A stretch of DNA of 64,000 nucleotides from an uncultured Verrucomicrobiae bacterium (GCA_963788655.1 CAWBHS010000026.1:54904-118903), one strand, 5' to 3'. Numbered from the stretch's first letter, positions 1-12,103 are shown. The notes: generated by a model not told the origin, from the sequence alone. Numbers and translations are program-made.

Positions 1-519
1 GACGCAGGTGTTGCGCTCCTTCCAGTTGACGATGGCGGACAGTTTTTCAGCCCCGATCACCAGCACCGTTTCGTAGGTGCGCGACATGATGAACTGCTGC
101 CCAATCTCCAAAGCATAGATGAACCCGGAACAAGCCGCTTCGATGTCAAACGCTGCCGCGCGGGTGGCGCCCAGTTTCTGTTGCACCAAACAGGCGGTGG
201 CGGGAAACGGCATGTCCGGCGTAATGGTGGCCACAATGATCAAATCGATCTGGTCAGCCGTGATGCCGCCTTTCTTCATCGCTTTTTCAGCGGCGCGGGT
301 GGCGATATCGGAAGTAAATTCATCCTCCGCGGCCAAGCGACGCTCCTTGATGCCAGTGCGCGTCGTGATCCAGTCGTCGGAGGTATGCACCATTTGCTCC
401 AGTTCCTGGTTGGTTAACACACGGTCAGGCACGTACGAACCGACCGAGAGAATGGAACAGGTACGCCCTTGGAACCCGTGCCGGGCGCGGGGATTGGTGA
501 ATGGTTTGCTCGTGGTCAT
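1..519 (-). CDS. fabH: 3-oxoacyl-ACP synthase III (5' part, runs off the window edge)
   Basis: Manual translation [61 protein letters not shown], later DIEAACSGF with the catalytic Cys; ATG overlaps the plsX stop. Confidence 0.95.
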   Translation of the reverse strand, partial: MTTSKPFTNPRARHGFQGRTCSILSVGSYVPDRVLTNQELEQMVHTSDDWITTRTGIKERRLAAEDEFTSDIATRAAEKAMKKGGITADQIDLIIVATITPDMPFPATACLVQQKLGATRAAAFDIEAACSGFIYALEIGQQFIMSRTYETVLVIGAEKLSAIVNWKERNTCV

Positions 520-1568
520 GCGGAAATCGTTACCGCGGGAAGAGGGACAATCTGGCTTTTACTCAGGCGCTCATTGGCCTGGGCAATTTCATGGGTGATG
601 TTTTCGGTAAGTTTGTGTTGAATGCTTTCCATGGCCACCCGAATCGCATTGGTGATCGCCTTGGCGCGGGCGGAACCATGGGCTTTGATTACCGTGCCGT
701 TTAATCCCAGCAATGGCGCACCGCCGTAAGCGTCGGGATCCATCCGGCGCTTGATGCTGCTGAATCCGCCACTGGCCAGGGCCGCCCCAACTTTGCGCAG
801 CGGATTGCGGTTGAGTTCGCGTTTCAAAAGTCGTCCGACCGCCTTGCCCATGCTTTCGATGGTTTTGAGCACGATGTTGCCCGTGAAGCCATCGGCCACC
901 ACCACTTCCACGCGGTCAGCAAAGAGGTCGTGGCCTTCCACATAGCCAATAAAATTCAAGTCAACCTGCTGGCACAGCCGGGCGGCTTCACGCGTCAAGT
1001 CGTTGCCCTTGGTGTCTTCCGTCCCGTTGCTCAGCACTCCCACCCGCGGGTGTTTGTGGTGCAGCAGTTCTCGGGAGTAAACACTGCCCATGATCGCAAA
1101 TTGCAGTAAGTGGGCGGGCTTGCACTCGGGATTGGCCCCGGCGTCCACGAGCACAAACTCCCGACGATCCGCCGGGATCACGGTGGCGATGGCGGGGCGG
1201 TCCACCTGGTCCAATCGGCGCAACTTGAGGGTCGCGGCGGCCACCAGTCCTCCCGTGTTGCCGCGGGAAATGACGGCCTGGGCTTTGCCGTCCCGCACCA
1301 ATTCGATGGCCCGCACCATCGAGCAATCCTTCTTCTTGCGGACAGCATCCAGGGGTTTGTCCTCCATCGTCAGCACTTCACTGGCGTGAAGAATTCGCAG
1401 GCGGGAATCCTGGCAGCGATGACGGCCCAAAGCCGCTTCAATATTCCGCTCGTCGCCCACCAGGTAAAGCTCGGCAATATCCGGGTACGCGGCCAGAGCC
1501 AAACGGACGCCATCGATAACCACCCCGCAACCGAGGTCGCCCCCCATGACATCCACTGCAATTTGCAT
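516..1568 (-). CDS. plsX: Phosphate acyltransferase PlsX
   Basis: [48 protein letters not shown] motifs; rpmF-plsX-fabH synteny. Confidence 0.97.
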   Translation of the reverse strand: MQIAVDVMGGDLGCGVVIDGVRLALAAYPDIAELYLVGDERNIEAALGRHRCQDSRLRILHASEVLTMEDKPLDAVRKKKDCSMVRAIELVRDGKAQAVISRGNTGGLVAAATLKLRRLDQVDRPAIATVIPADRREFVLVDAGANPECKPAHLLQFAIMGSVYSRELLHHKHPRVGVLSNGTEDTKGNDLTREAARLCQQVDLNFIGYVEGHDLFADRVEVVVADGFTGNIVLKTIESMGKAVGRLLKRELNRNPLRKVGAALASGGFSSIKRRMDPDAYGGAPLLGLNGTVIKAHGSARAKAITNAIRVAMESIQHKLTENITHEIAQANERLSKSQIVPLPAVTISA

Positions 1569-1622
1569 AGAACAATGAAAAAGCGCAGTTAAGCTCGACA
1601 GCTTTACCGCGCTTGCAACGTT

Positions 1623-1811
1623 TTATGATCCCGCAGTGACCGTCAAAACCTGGCGCCCCTTGTAATAGCCGCAAGCCGGGCAAACCCGGTGCGGTACGTA
1701 CGGCGCCGCGCATTGCGGGCAGGTGCTGAGTTGCGGCAGCTTCAGCGTACTGTTGTAGGCTCGCCGCATTCGCTGGCGACTTTTCGACGGTTTTCTCTTC
1801 GGTACACCCAT
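1623..1811 (-). CDS. rpmF: 50S ribosomal protein L32 (Zn-binding type)
   Basis: MGVPKRKPSKSRQRMRR...CPQC...HRVCPACGYYKGRQV. Confidence 0.97.
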   Translation of the reverse strand: MGVPKRKPSKSRQRMRRAYNSTLKLPQLSTCPQCAAPYVPHRVCPACGYYKGRQVLTVTAGS

Positions 1812-1818
1812 AATTCAA

Positions 1819-2299
1819 TCACAGTTTCAATTTGTCCAACGGCTCCCAAACGGCGGAAGCCGCCTCCGTTTCCCAGTCGTTGGAAGACTCTTCCCGATGC
1901 ACATCGGCCAAGCCATTGCACTGGGGACTACACAACGGATGTTGCGGAAACGCGAGGAAAATATCGTCACGGATGTAAGGCGTCAAGTCCACGCAATCGT
2001 TAATAATCGCGGCTTTTTCCTCGCCCTCCAGCTCCAAGAGGCAATTCCAATGATCTTCCTTGATCTCCTGGACAAAGGGTTTGAGACAGCGAACACACTC
2101 GCAATCCAGACACCTGCCGCAGGTGGCCGCGCACCAAAATCCCGTTTTCCGTCTTCTCCGCCTGCAGATCGTATTGCAGCGGTTGCTGGATATGAATCAT
2201 TTCGTCGCGCGTGTCCCAATCCATTTCCGCGCACGACAGTTCTCCTTGCAGGCGTACGTCGTTGGTGGCGACCTGCTGAATATTGACGAGCAATGGCAT
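1819..2299 (-). CDS. YceD/DUF177 family protein, frameshifted (probably assembly error)
   Basis: N-part in ORF 2000-2299, middle ECVRCL in a second frame, C-part VDLTPYIRDDIFLAFPQHPLCSPQCNGL...WEPLDKLKL in ORF 1819-2037; usual position upstream of rpmF. Confidence 0.85.
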
Positions 2300-2314
2300 A
2301 ACAGTGTTTAGCGT

Positions 2315-2821
2315 TCAAGTTTTCGAACCTTCGGGAAACAACACCGAGGCGAATTGACGCTGCAACGCACTGACCACGTGGGCCGGCACAAAGGGCGAGA
2401 CATCGCCGCCCAGCCGCGCAATTTCTTTGACGATGCGCGAACTGAGAAAGGTGTATTCGTCTTTGGGCATCATGAACACCGTCTCAATCCGCTCGTTCAA
2501 CTTACGGTTCAACAAGGCCAACTGAAATTCAAATTCAAAATCAGACACCGCCCGCAAGCCCCGCATCACCGCCTGCCCCCCACGATTTTCGACATAATTG
2601 ATCAGCAGGCCGTCAAAATCCTCGGCGGAAACCGTCTGATAGCGGCGAATGGAGGTTTTAACCAGTTGCAGTCGTTCCATTTGGGAAAACAGCGGGCCTT
2701 TTTCCTCACTCCGGGCCACCGCGACGATGACCCGATCAAATATCTTGGCTGCGCGCCGGACCAGATCCAAATGCCCATTGGTAATTGGATCAAACGTGCC
2801 CGGATAAATGACGATGCGCAT
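2315..2821 (-). CDS. coaD: Phosphopantetheine adenylyltransferase
   Basis: MRIVIYPGTFDPITNGHLD, RGLRAVSDFEFE, FLSSRIVKEIA motifs. Confidence 0.97.
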   Translation of the reverse strand: MRIVIYPGTFDPITNGHLDLVRRAAKIFDRVIVAVARSEEKGPLFSQMERLQLVKTSIRRYQTVSAEDFDGLLINYVENRGGQAVMRGLRAVSDFEFEFQLALLNRKLNERIETVFMMPKDEYTFLSSRIVKEIARLGGDVSPFVPAHVVSALQRQFASVLFPEGSKT

Positions 2822-2924
2822 AAGGAGGTGAAGCTTAGACAACTCCGCCACCAATTCCCACTGAAAATTTCAAAATCAATGGTTGCGCACTCCGGCGGAT
2901 TTGCGTTAGCAATACCCGCATTCG

Positions 2925-4151
2925 ATGAGCACCCTGCGCTCAGTCCTGTTGATCAGCGTTGCCCTGGGCAGCGCCGCCTCATCTTTGGCGCAGATTGATC
3001 CTGCCCATCGCGAGCTGATTCAATTGGGTTACAATCAACCGATTACCGGGAAAGGCCCTTTGGCGGCGTACGCCTTCTATTACCTCAACAAACCCTTCAC
3101 CAATCGTTACACCAATCTGACGCTCCGTTTGGCAATTGCCCCCGTGTACGTCGATTCGGAATTGGGCATCAGCCGGGCGCTCGGCCCGCACACCGACTTG
3201 GGCCTCGGATTGGCAGGCGGGGGCTTTGCCGATGGCTACAGCGAGGTCTATCGCGGCACATACTATCAGAACCAGTCTTTCGATGGGCACGGCGGTGAAG
3301 TGGGATTAAGCATCTATCACCTGTTTAATCCCCGTGACGTCATCCCCCTTTACGCCGTGTTACGTGGAGCCGTCCACGGAACGGTTTTTGACAAAGACAA
3401 TCGCACCGCCCCTGACTTCGTCCTGCCGGAAAATCAATTCATGTTCCGGGTGCGCTCCGGATTGCGCTGGGGCGGCGTGGAACCAGTGATCATGCCGGAA
3501 CTCGCGATGGAATTGTCGGGATGGTACGAAGGCAGTTTCCGAATGGCGCCGGGGCGCTACGGCTTTAATGGCGACCGGGAGTTGATTCCGGCAGCGCACA
3601 AGCTCTGGGGACGCGCACTCCTGGCATACACCCTGCCCAAACTGGAGCACAGTTTCCGTGTGTCACTTACCGGCGGGGGCAGTTTGAACGCCGATCGTTA
3701 CAGTGCTTACCGGCTGGGGGGCAACCTGCCGCTGTACTCGGAATTCCCCTTGTCATTGCCCGGGTATTACTTTCAAGAGTTGAGTGCCGAATCGTTCGTG
3801 CTGCTGGGCGCCAGCTATGACATTCCCTTGGATCATCAGCATCACTGGAAATTGGGCGTGCTAGGCACCGCCGCCTATGTTAATTTTTTGGATGAGTTGG
3901 AACAGCCCCGTCACTGGAACAAAGGGGCTGGGGCCTCTCTTAGCTACCGTTCTCCCAGTGATTCCTGGCTGGTTGCCATCGCCTACGGCTACGGCTTCGA
4001 CGCAATTCGTGACGATCACCACGGTGCCCATAGCATTACTTTTCTGGTTCAATTTGATTTGGGAAGAACCCTCCGACGAATATACAATCCCAACGTCAAC
4101 TTGAACCGCTCCGGTGGCCTGCAATCAATCATGCGCAACATATTTCGCTAG
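2925..4151 (+). CDS. Secreted hypothetical protein, probable outer-membrane beta-barrel
   Basis: 408-aa ORF with signal peptide and Gly/aromatic-rich amphipathic strands (AYGYGFDA, ITFLVQFDL). Confidence 0.6.
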   Translation: MSTLRSVLLISVALGSAASSLAQIDPAHRELIQLGYNQPITGKGPLAAYAFYYLNKPFTNRYTNLTLRLAIAPVYVDSELGISRALGPHTDLGLGLAGGGFADGYSEVYRGTYYQNQSFDGHGGEVGLSIYHLFNPRDVIPLYAVLRGAVHGTVFDKDNRTAPDFVLPENQFMFRVRSGLRWGGVEPVIMPELAMELSGWYEGSFRMAPGRYGFNGDRELIPAAHKLWGRALLAYTLPKLEHSFRVSLTGGGSLNADRYSAYRLGGNLPLYSEFPLSLPGYYFQELSAESFVLLGASYDIPLDHQHHWKLGVLGTAAYVNFLDELEQPRHWNKGAGASLSYRSPSDSWLVAIAYGYGFDAIRDDHHGAHSITFLVQFDLGRTLRRIYNPNVNLNRSGGLQSIMRNIFR

Positions 4152-4200
4152 GGGTCAGACCCGAATGGTTTATTATTGTGCGATGGTATGTTCTGACCCC
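4151..4200. repeat. GGGGTCAGA...TCTGACCCC inverted repeat between convergent genes
   Basis: 9-bp perfect inverted arms at 4151-4159 and 4192-4200. Confidence 0.5.
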
Positions 4201-6734
4201 GTTTCAAACTGGTCTTGGGTTTTGTTGTAATGCAGTTTCGTTAGGCTCAGGCTGGAGGCGGCTTCGTCCAGCAGGGCGGCAATGGATTGCTGCATGAGCA
4301 ATTGTTCGTGCTCCAATATCCAGTTGGCCAGCGGCAACGTTAGCAGCAACATCCAGATCCAGGGTTGGATGGAAGCCAGCAGGCTGATAACCAGCAGTTC
4401 GGTGCCCAGCAACATCCAAAACAGAATCTTGGCAGACAATGACCAATGAGTCTCCAACCGACACCGCAAATTGATCCGTCCGCGGTCGAGCTGTTCGGTA
4501 ACGGTTGTTAAACGAAGACGGCTCCAGCGCGGCCCAAAGATTTCCAAATCGTGGTCCGCCCAACCCGTATCGGTTTTGGTTTGCCACTGTTCTTGATCCA
4601 GTTTGGCGACCACCACGTTCAGAAAGGTGTACCGATCCACATTCCCTTTTGACCAGTAATACAAATGCTCAAGTTGATCGCGTTTCCAGGGACTGGTCAA
4701 AGAGCCGAGACGCTTGTCCGACGGATGATGAATCGAGCGGAGGCGCAACCGTTGGCGGTAACGCGCCAGCCCGCGCTCCAGGGGTTGGAGAAAGTATAAC
4801 AACGCGATCAGGGGCCGCGACCAAAAGCGGCTTTGCTTGCGGGGCAACTCCGCTTGGGCCGCGGCAACGGCGCAGACCGTCAAGGACAAGATGAGGCTGG
4901 TGATCGCCAAGGGCCACAACGGAGGAAACGCCGCCGCCAAAACCATTAAGGGCAACGTGATCAAGGCGTGGTATTCCAGAGAAGTACCCAGCATCACCGC
5001 ATAAGCGGGGCGGGACGCGTAGAGCTTTTGGAAAAAGCCGCTGCCGAAGATGCCGTGGTAAATGATCGAAGGTTCCACCACGACGCCGAATTTGGACGGC
5101 GCGTAAATCCGGCCCCGCCAAATACTGCGACCCACCGAGTTGAAATATTCCGGGTGCTTGCGGGAAAGCAGCGCCTCGGCTTCGCCATAGCCGCTTTGTT
5201 GCTGCAGATAGGCGCGCACGGTGGACCGCCGGTAGTGCCACACAAACCCAGTCGGGCTAAAGCCGATCCGGTGACCGCGTTGTTGCAGGCGCCAACAGAC
5301 ATCAACGTCATCACCGGCTTTACGGAACGTGGGGTCGAAGCCGCCGATCTCCGCGAGCGCCCATTTATAGAAAGCCATGTTGCAGCCGGGAATGTGTTCA
5401 GCCTCGCGGTCAGAGAGCATCACGTGCGCGGGCCCGCCGGGTGATACCATGACCGCGGAAGCAACCAACGAATCGTCTGGCGGTAAGAAATTGTGGCCCC
5501 CCATGCCCACGTAATCATCTTGTTGCCAATCAGCGACCAGGTAGTACAACCAGTCTTCATCCGCCCGGCAGTCCGAATCGGTAAACGCCACAATTTCGCC
5601 TGAGGCCGCCGCAATGCCGGCGTTCCGGGCGGCCGACAATCCGAGATTGGCCTGATGGATACACCGTAACGCCGGAAATCGTTTCGCAATCTGCGCCGTA
5701 TCATCAGTCGAGCCGTCGTCCACCAGGATGACTTCGTAATCCGGATAATTCAGGCGGAACAGCGACTCCAGGCAGGCCAGCAACGTGCGCCCGCCGTTGT
5801 AACTGGCCACCACCACGGAAACCTTGGGTTGCCGGCGTACCGGGAAGTACGGGGCCTGCCGGTAAACTTTTTGAACGGCGCCGAACGCTGGTTTGGGTTG
5901 CCGGTCGCGCTTGGTCAAGCCAAACGCCCAGTCGTCGATCGGCACGCCTCCGCGCCACCAGTCATCCGTGAAACTGAATACAACGGCACCGGCGACTCCG
6001 TTGCAAAAAGCGGATTCAATTTGCCACGAAAGGAAGTCGGCTTGCTGTTCTTCCCCTTGCCGCAGCGAGTCCATACCGAATTCAGCCAGTACCAGAGGTT
6101 TGGTGTCGGCGATCATCTGCAGCCGCGCCAGGTAACTCTCGAAGGCCGGGCGCTCGTGCAGATAGACGTTCATGCTGATGAAATCCACGGTTTGCGGACG
6201 CAGAAACTCCGTGGGCGGAAAACTGGTGTAGGTACAAAGCACGTCGGGATCGATGGCTTTGGCTTCATCGACCAGTTCATCGATGAAGGCCTCCACCCGG
6301 CGCACCCCGCTCCAGCGCACGATCTCGGCCGGGATTTCGTTGGCGAGGCTGAAAGCCAGGATTGCCGGGTGTCGCGCGCAAGTGCTTGCTGCCTGTCGTA
6401 CCGCCGCGCGGGTTTCACGCTGCAACTTCGGCGAATCTAAAAAGCACAGGTGCTTGGGCCAGGGAACGTCAACGAGTACCTTGAGGTCAAACTCGTGCGC
6501 CAAATCCAGAAACCATTGGGGAGGGACGTAATACACGCGAACCGTGTTGGCCCCCAGCGTGCGAAGCTGCGCAAAATCCTGCCGCACCGGTTCCGTCCCA
6601 AGGAACGTCTCGTTGCGCTCATTCGGCGCAAACGGACCGTAGGTCACTCCTTTGATGTAGAACTTGCGCTGCCCGAGCCGCAAAAACTTCCCGCCCACAG
6701 TGACGCGAATCGACGATGGGGCGGTGGCGGCCAT
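4173..6734 (-). CDS. GH-A clan TIM-barrel (GH2-like) + GT2 glycosyltransferase fusion with C-terminal membrane segments
   Basis: N-half GANTVRVY, ANE, LAEFG; middle VSVVVASYN, VDDGSTD, FTDSD, GCNMAF, DDVD; hydrophobic helices near the C-terminus. Confidence 0.85.
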   Translation of the reverse strand: MAATAPSSIRVTVGGKFLRLGQRKFYIKGVTYGPFAPNERNETFLGTEPVRQDFAQLRTLGANTVRVYYVPPQWFLDLAHEFDLKVLVDVPWPKHLCFLDSPKLQRETRAAVRQAASTCARHPAILAFSLANEIPAEIVRWSGVRRVEAFIDELVDEAKAIDPDVLCTYTSFPPTEFLRPQTVDFISMNVYLHERPAFESYLARLQMIADTKPLVLAEFGMDSLRQGEEQQADFLSWQIESAFCNGVAGAVVFSFTDDWWRGGVPIDDWAFGLTKRDRQPKPAFGAVQKVYRQAPYFPVRRQPKVSVVVASYNGGRTLLACLESLFRLNYPDYEVILVDDGSTDDTAQIAKRFPALRCIHQANLGLSAARNAGIAAASGEIVAFTDSDCRADEDWLYYLVADWQQDDYVGMGGHNFLPPDDSLVASAVMVSPGGPAHVMLSDREAEHIPGCNMAFYKWALAEIGGFDPTFRKAGDDVDVCWRLQQRGHRIGFSPTGFVWHYRRSTVRAYLQQQSGYGEAEALLSRKHPEYFNSVGRSIWRGRIYAPSKFGVVVEPSIIYHGIFGSGFFQKLYASRPAYAVMLGTSLEYHALITLPLMVLAAAFPPLWPLAITSLILSLTVCAVAAAQAELPRKQSRFWSRPLIALLYFLQPLERGLARYRQRLRLRSIHHPSDKRLGSLTSPWKRDQLEHLYYWSKGNVDRYTFLNVVVAKLDQEQWQTKTDTGWADHDLEIFGPRWSRLRLTTVTEQLDRGRINLRCRLETHWSLSAKILFWMLLGTELLVISLLASIQPWIWMLLLTLPLANWILEHEQLLMQQSIAALLDEAASSLSLTKLHYNKTQDQFETGSEHTIAQ

Positions 6735-6735
6735 G

Positions 6736-7110
6736 TCATTCTTGTTCGGCCAGCTTGAGTGCCCTTTCGAGCGTGGTCCAGGATCGTCGTTCGAGCTCGT
6801 TACTGACGGTCCAGTGGTACTTCCAAATCAGATTGTCAGTGTCAGGTTTTTGTGGATTGACCAGCGTCAGCGTCCGTTGGAAGTCGTCGATCACTTGTTT
6901 GTTTGAAATGTTTTCCAGATCGACGATGAGCCGGTTGTATAAATGTTCGGCCTGCTTTTGATACCCTTTGGTGTACAGCAGGATAAACGCCTCCCGTAGC
7001 TCCACGTGCTTGGACTGATTGGCGTTGATTTGGTGAATCACCATCACGCTGCAAACCACGAGGAACACCGCAAACACCAGCATTGATCGATAACGACGAA
7101 CAAATCGCAT
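6736..7110 (-). CDS. Hypothetical protein with N-terminal membrane anchor
   Basis: 124-aa ORF ending 1 bp before the GT2 fusion start. Confidence 0.65.
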   Translation of the reverse strand: MRFVRRYRSMLVFAVFLVVCSVMVIHQINANQSKHVELREAFILLYTKGYQKQAEHLYNRLIVDLENISNKQVIDDFQRTLTLVNPQKPDTDNLIWKYHWTVSNELERRSWTTLERALKLAEQE

Positions 7111-7561
7111 GACATCATTGGACTGTGGCCCGCCACAACGAATTCAGAGGCCCGTTCACTCCACTCGAAGAACGAACGCCACGGTGTTGTTGCGCCAGTG
7201 CCAGCAAGGCCCGTTGGACGAAGTCCCATGAAATAACATTTTGAAGCCGAGAATTCAACTGCTCGGTGATTCTGCAAAGATGCTCAACCTCTAAAAAGTG
7301 TGTGCCGACAGCATGCCTTTGTTTTAACGGAACCAGAGGGAACTGAATTTGGTTATGCCGCTGATTGCTCACCGGAACCAAGCAACGGAACTGGTGTTGA
7401 CGGCTGTCTTTTGTCGGGAACGAATCACCGATTGGCGCAGACGCGTCGGAATTCGTGGCTGGGTTTCGTTACCACGCGGCTCCCAAAATCCGGTCGGTGC
7501 AGCAACGCCGCCCTGCCCTGTTCTTGTCAAACCCGACTTCGTCGTCCCAAGTTTTCACGCT

Positions 7562-9273
7562 CTACTGCGTCCACTCGAACACCAGCAATGACACGGCTTG
7601 TCGCGGAAGGCTGAAATGCAGCGATTGTCCTGCCGATTTTCCGCGCGCACAGTTTCCGGTGCGTCCAACGTTGCGAGTTGGCCGGCTTGTTCGAGACGCT
7701 CGTATTGTTCGGGGGTGGGCGCTTGGGGCGAACCCATCTTTTGCCAAAGAGCAAAGGCGTTACTGTGTTCGCCATCGATCCGAAAATGCCGGAGGCGTAG
7801 CGCGTCGGCCGGGTGAGGCAGGCCAGCGACGACCAGTTCAACCTCCGCATCCGGGCCGGGCACATCGTCATCATGATAGTGCCAGGTCATCACGCATAGG
7901 CGGTTTCTCTCGCGGGAGGCCAATGCCGAAACATCGGGCCGGTTGCGCACCCCTGATTTCAGGATGGTGGCAAGTGGCACCGCGCCGTCGCTGTCGGCGG
8001 CCACTCGTTCGCCGCTCATTTGACTGAACATGCGAAAGACGTTGAGCACGGGTTTGTCAACGCCATGGGTGGCGAGTGCGCGAAAGCCGGCAAAGAACGG
8101 TTGGTTCTCGAACTCGAACGCCCAGGTCAGCGCGCCGGCGAAGTTGACGCCGTGCCGGTCGGCCAGGTCCTGCTTGCGCGCAAAACTCGCCGCAGTGTAG
8201 CTCGAATACATGGTGCCGTTGCGATAGGCGAGTTGCGGTCCCTGACAGGCAGCGCAACCTTCGGGATCGGATTCGCCAATGACAATGGGCGTATTCCTCA
8301 GTTCCGGATACGACGCAATCATGCCAAAGCCCTCATCGATGGTGCGCAATTGATTGGCAATGCCCATGCGCACGTGGCCGGCAAGGAAGCGCGGGGAACC
8401 TTTGGCGTGGAAGGATACAAAGTCCAGGGGCGTGCCCCGGTGGCCCGTGGCGTAGTTGGTGCCGCGCAGGCAGTGCTCAAGGAAATCCCGCATGAACTGT
8501 CCGCCGCTACCCGCCGTGTCGGGACCGCCCACGCGGGCGTTCGGTAGCGCGCGGCGCACGGCGGCTACGGCGTAGTCGTGCAGCCTGCGAAATTCCGCCG
8601 GCGTGCCGCGCCAATAACCGATGTTCGCTTCATTCCAGGTTTCCCAATACCACGAGGCCACTTCGGCGGCACCGTAACGATCGACGCAATGCTTGGCCCA
8701 CTGGTAAACCAATTCGGACCAGCGCTGGTAGTCCTTCGGCGGATAAGCCCAACCGGTATAGATCTCGTCGTATTTGGCGCCGGGCCGCCAGTGATGTTGA
8801 TACGGCTCCGGCTTGATCGAGAGATCCTTGGGCATAAAACCAATCTCGACGTACGGCCGCACACCCCGTTCCAGGTAGGTGTCGAAAATGCCATCCATCA
8901 GGACCCAGTTGTAAATCGGTTGCCCGGCTTCGTTTTCGTGGTAAACGCCGGTCGAGCCCCATTTCAGCGCGGGCGTGCCGTCGCCGGAACACAGGAGGCT
9001 ATGCGCGCGAAAATAGACTTGCTGCAGCGCCAACTCGCCCAGTTCGGCGATCAGTTTGCGACCGTAAGGCATGGTGGCGTAGTTGGGTTCGTCCGCTCCA
9101 AAGAAACGCCAGATCGGTCGCAACTGCCCGAGCGAGCGGCCGGCGTCCACGCGAATGTGAACGGGAAAACTGGCAGCAGATGACGAGGCGGATTGCTCGG
9201 TGTCTGGTGCTGCCGGAATCTGCGTGCCGCCGAGCAACAGTAAGATCGAAGTTAGCGTAAACTGGGTGCGCAT
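7562..9273 (-). CDS. GH39 beta-xylosidase family protein (frameshift near the C-terminus)
   Basis: WETWNEAN acid/base motif, VGGP, DFVSFH, IGESD nucleophile; natural end SLPRQAVSLLVFEWTQ lies in ORF 7562-7747. Confidence 0.9.
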
Positions 9274-9366
9274 TGCAGGGCACAGTATCCGCCTCCGCGC
9301 TAAGTTAGGTCAAAATGAAACGGTAATGAAACGGTAAGGTGTTCTGTGCTGAGATTCCCTTTAGAT

Positions 9367-9678
9367 GTAGCGCAGAATTGAATTCTGCTGTATCGCTGAG
9401 TTGCACTCGGCGGGGCATGAGCAATACGGGCGGCATTGGGAAGTGTGAACGCCAGGCGGTCTGAAAGTCCGCGATCCGGAAGATTGGAAATCTGCTCTGC
9501 GCCTGACGGCGGTCTCGGCGCCGATCAAAGGTCGCGCCAGCGCATGGAGTGCGTCCGGCTTGCCGGCGCTTTCGAATGCGGAGGGTTTGGATGATACCCA
9601 TGCAGGTTGGTTCTTTCTTTGTGACCTGCGTGAAATGAACGCGGGAGCAAGCTCCACGCACTCCAAACGCTGGCGCGA
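9367..9678. repeat. Cluster of REP/REPIN-like palindromes (GTAGCGCAGA family and GGAGTGCG family)
   Basis: GTAGCGCAGAATT..AAATCTGCTCTGCG (9367-9499); inverted pair CGCGCCAGCGCATGGAGTGCG / CGCACTCCAAACGCTGGCGCG (9533-9678); the same motif recurs at 12180, 12420 and 33124. Confidence 0.75.
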
Positions 9679-9723
9679 TTCACTAGCCGCAAGCAGAAAT
9701 GACGCGGTCACATAATCCGATGA

Positions 9724-12103
9724 TTACTTCGTCACCGCCGCCAGGTATCCCCAAGTATAGGCGTTGGCGGCCATCGGGTGTTGCACGGTGAATTCGCAAA
9801 CAATCGGATACCAAAATACGTCCCAGTAGGCTTCCATGACGGGCCATTGCGCGGGCGGAGGATAACAGAATGGCGCGACGACGGTTTTGATAAACAAGTC
9901 GTTTTTCGCCGTCGGATCGGCGGGGCCAAAAACTGTCAGACCTTCCGGAGGCAACTGGCCGGTGTGACGCGAATCCAGGTGCAACGGATGCCGCGGCCAT
10001 CGCCGGCCAACGCCGGTGGTGTAGCAGAGGTTCAACGGATTGGCGCCCAAACCCGCCTGGCAGGCGAGTTCAATGGCGCGCAAATACTTTTCGTCCTTGG
10101 TCAGGCGATGCGCTCGAATCACACTGATCACGTCAGAGACGCTCAAGGTCGTGGTCGGCGGCGCCCAATCATTTTTGGTCCAGCCAAAACCGGTTCGGGT
10201 TTGGGTGCGCAATCGTTCCTCGGCTTCGCGGACCGTTGCCTTGCGGCAGAATTCCTGGAGATCTCGGTTTACCGCCGGCCGATGCGTGTTGAGATAGGCC
10301 CAGGCGGCTTCCCGTTGTTCGTGGCTTTGCCAGACATAAAGTTGGGCGCCGGCCTCATTGAGATATGGTGGTCTCCAGGAAGACACGGTGCCAGCGTTCG
10401 TCCCCGGTCAAACGGAACAGTTCGGCCGCGGCATAGTTGCGCTTGTTCCGGACGTCGATATGGTTGTCCATGCGCTCGATCTTCACCCCGCCGGTTTCGT
10501 AGGTGGCCGGTCGCGACTGGCGTTGGGCGTAGTCTTGTTCGGCCCATTCCATGGCGCGCAGGGCGCTGGTTTGATAGATCGCAGCCAGGCCGGGTTTGCC
10601 CAATGCTTTCAACACTCCGGCCGCTTTGGCCGCCACGCCGGCGTAATAGTAACTTGACCAACTGCCCGGCGCATAAGCCATGACGGTGAGCGACTCCTGC
10701 CAACTGGTTTCCCCGAGGTTGGGATGTTCGGCGGACTCGATGCCGCCACGAATCCCGCCCGCCGGGGTTTGCAAACGTCGGTAGCAGTCGAGATTGAAGA
10801 GTGCCTCGTCCACCACGTCGGGCAGAGCGTTGGTGGATTCTGGAATGTTCAAAGACACGCTGGTGGTGAAATCAGGAAACATGGCGCCCAAATCTAGCAA
10901 ATAGAGCGAGGCGATCAGATGCTGAATGCGCCGATCCCAGTCACCGGCGTCCATATATCCACCCCAGGCGTTGGTCACCAATTCGTCGGTCTTGCCGGCG
11001 ACCAGGTTGCGGAAGTTATTAGGATCGGATCGACTCAGACCATTCCGGGTGTCCATCAGGCGTGTCGAAGAGGCATACACCTTGACGCCGTCTGCCGGAT
11101 GAAACGAACGCGGACGGCGGAAGGAAGTAAACGGCGGTCCCAGGTCGATGCCACTGCGTTGGTGATAAAAACCGCGCGCGGAAGTGATGAAGGCCTCCTT
11201 CCAAACCTGGGGGCTGATGCGAAACGGATACGAGCACCCGATGCCCTCCACATAAACCTGATAAAGTCCTTGCTCCCGTACGGCGGAGAAGTCCATTTCA
11301 TAAACGTTGGCCAAGGTGAAATTGCGGTGATAAGCATCTTCATCCGTTGCTTTCTTCGGCTTGGTCAAACGGCAAAGCCCGGAATAAACGCGGGTGCGGT
11401 TGCTGGCTTTGATCAGGTGGAATTGAAGGTCGGACGGATAGACAACCCCGCCGCCATCCCCCAGCCAACAGGACAGGAAAGCTCGCTTGACCGGATCGTT
11501 GGGACAAAAGCCGATTTGCGAAACGTGAATCGCTTCGCTGCGCAGTTCCATGGGCTTATAGTCAAACGTCTGGTCGGGGATCGGGAGGCCGTTGAAGGCA
11601 ACAGTGTAGCTCGCGTTTTCCTGCAAAGAATGAGGCAGTTTGAGATACAGATGATATTGCACCGGCGCTTTGAACTTCCAATCGTCGGTCCGCGCCACCC
11701 CGATTGGTTTGTGTTTGCGGCAGACGGCAACCGGATGCTGGTCCGCCTGGTAATTCGGATCGCTGGCCGAGGTGATCCGATAGCTGTTTTGCTCGCCCAG
11801 ATTTTCGGTCTCGAGCAAATCGTCGGTGAAGACATCGAAGGGGCAAAGGATATCGCGATCATGGCCGACGAGGACTCCCAGTTCCTTGCCGTTACGAACA
11901 AGGTAGTGGTTCCGGCCGCCCTCCTGGATGACGTCACCCGTTTGTTTTCGGTAAGGTTGTTGGGTTCCGATACGGACTTCGCCGGCCCGGACGATTACCT
12001 CCAAAATGTCCGGGGCCACCAAGCCGACATGTTCCACTGTGACGGCCGCGTGCCCCAGCCAAGTGGTTAGGAAGGCCACGGAGAAGGCGATCAGGTTTTT
12101 CAT
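9724..12103 (-). CDS. GH9 cellulase-family glycoside hydrolase with Ig-like N-domain (frameshift near 10360)
   Basis: IHVSQIGF, FYHQRSG, GGYMDAGDWD, GANPLNLCYTTGVG...HPLH, EFTV motifs split over ORFs 10355-12181 and 9724-10386. Confidence 0.88.

Noticed and set aside
10919..12070. Long antisense ORFs (e.g. 10919-12070, 51420-52424, 57742-58779)
   Set aside because: Shadows of real genes on the opposite strand in GC-rich DNA, with no protein motifs.
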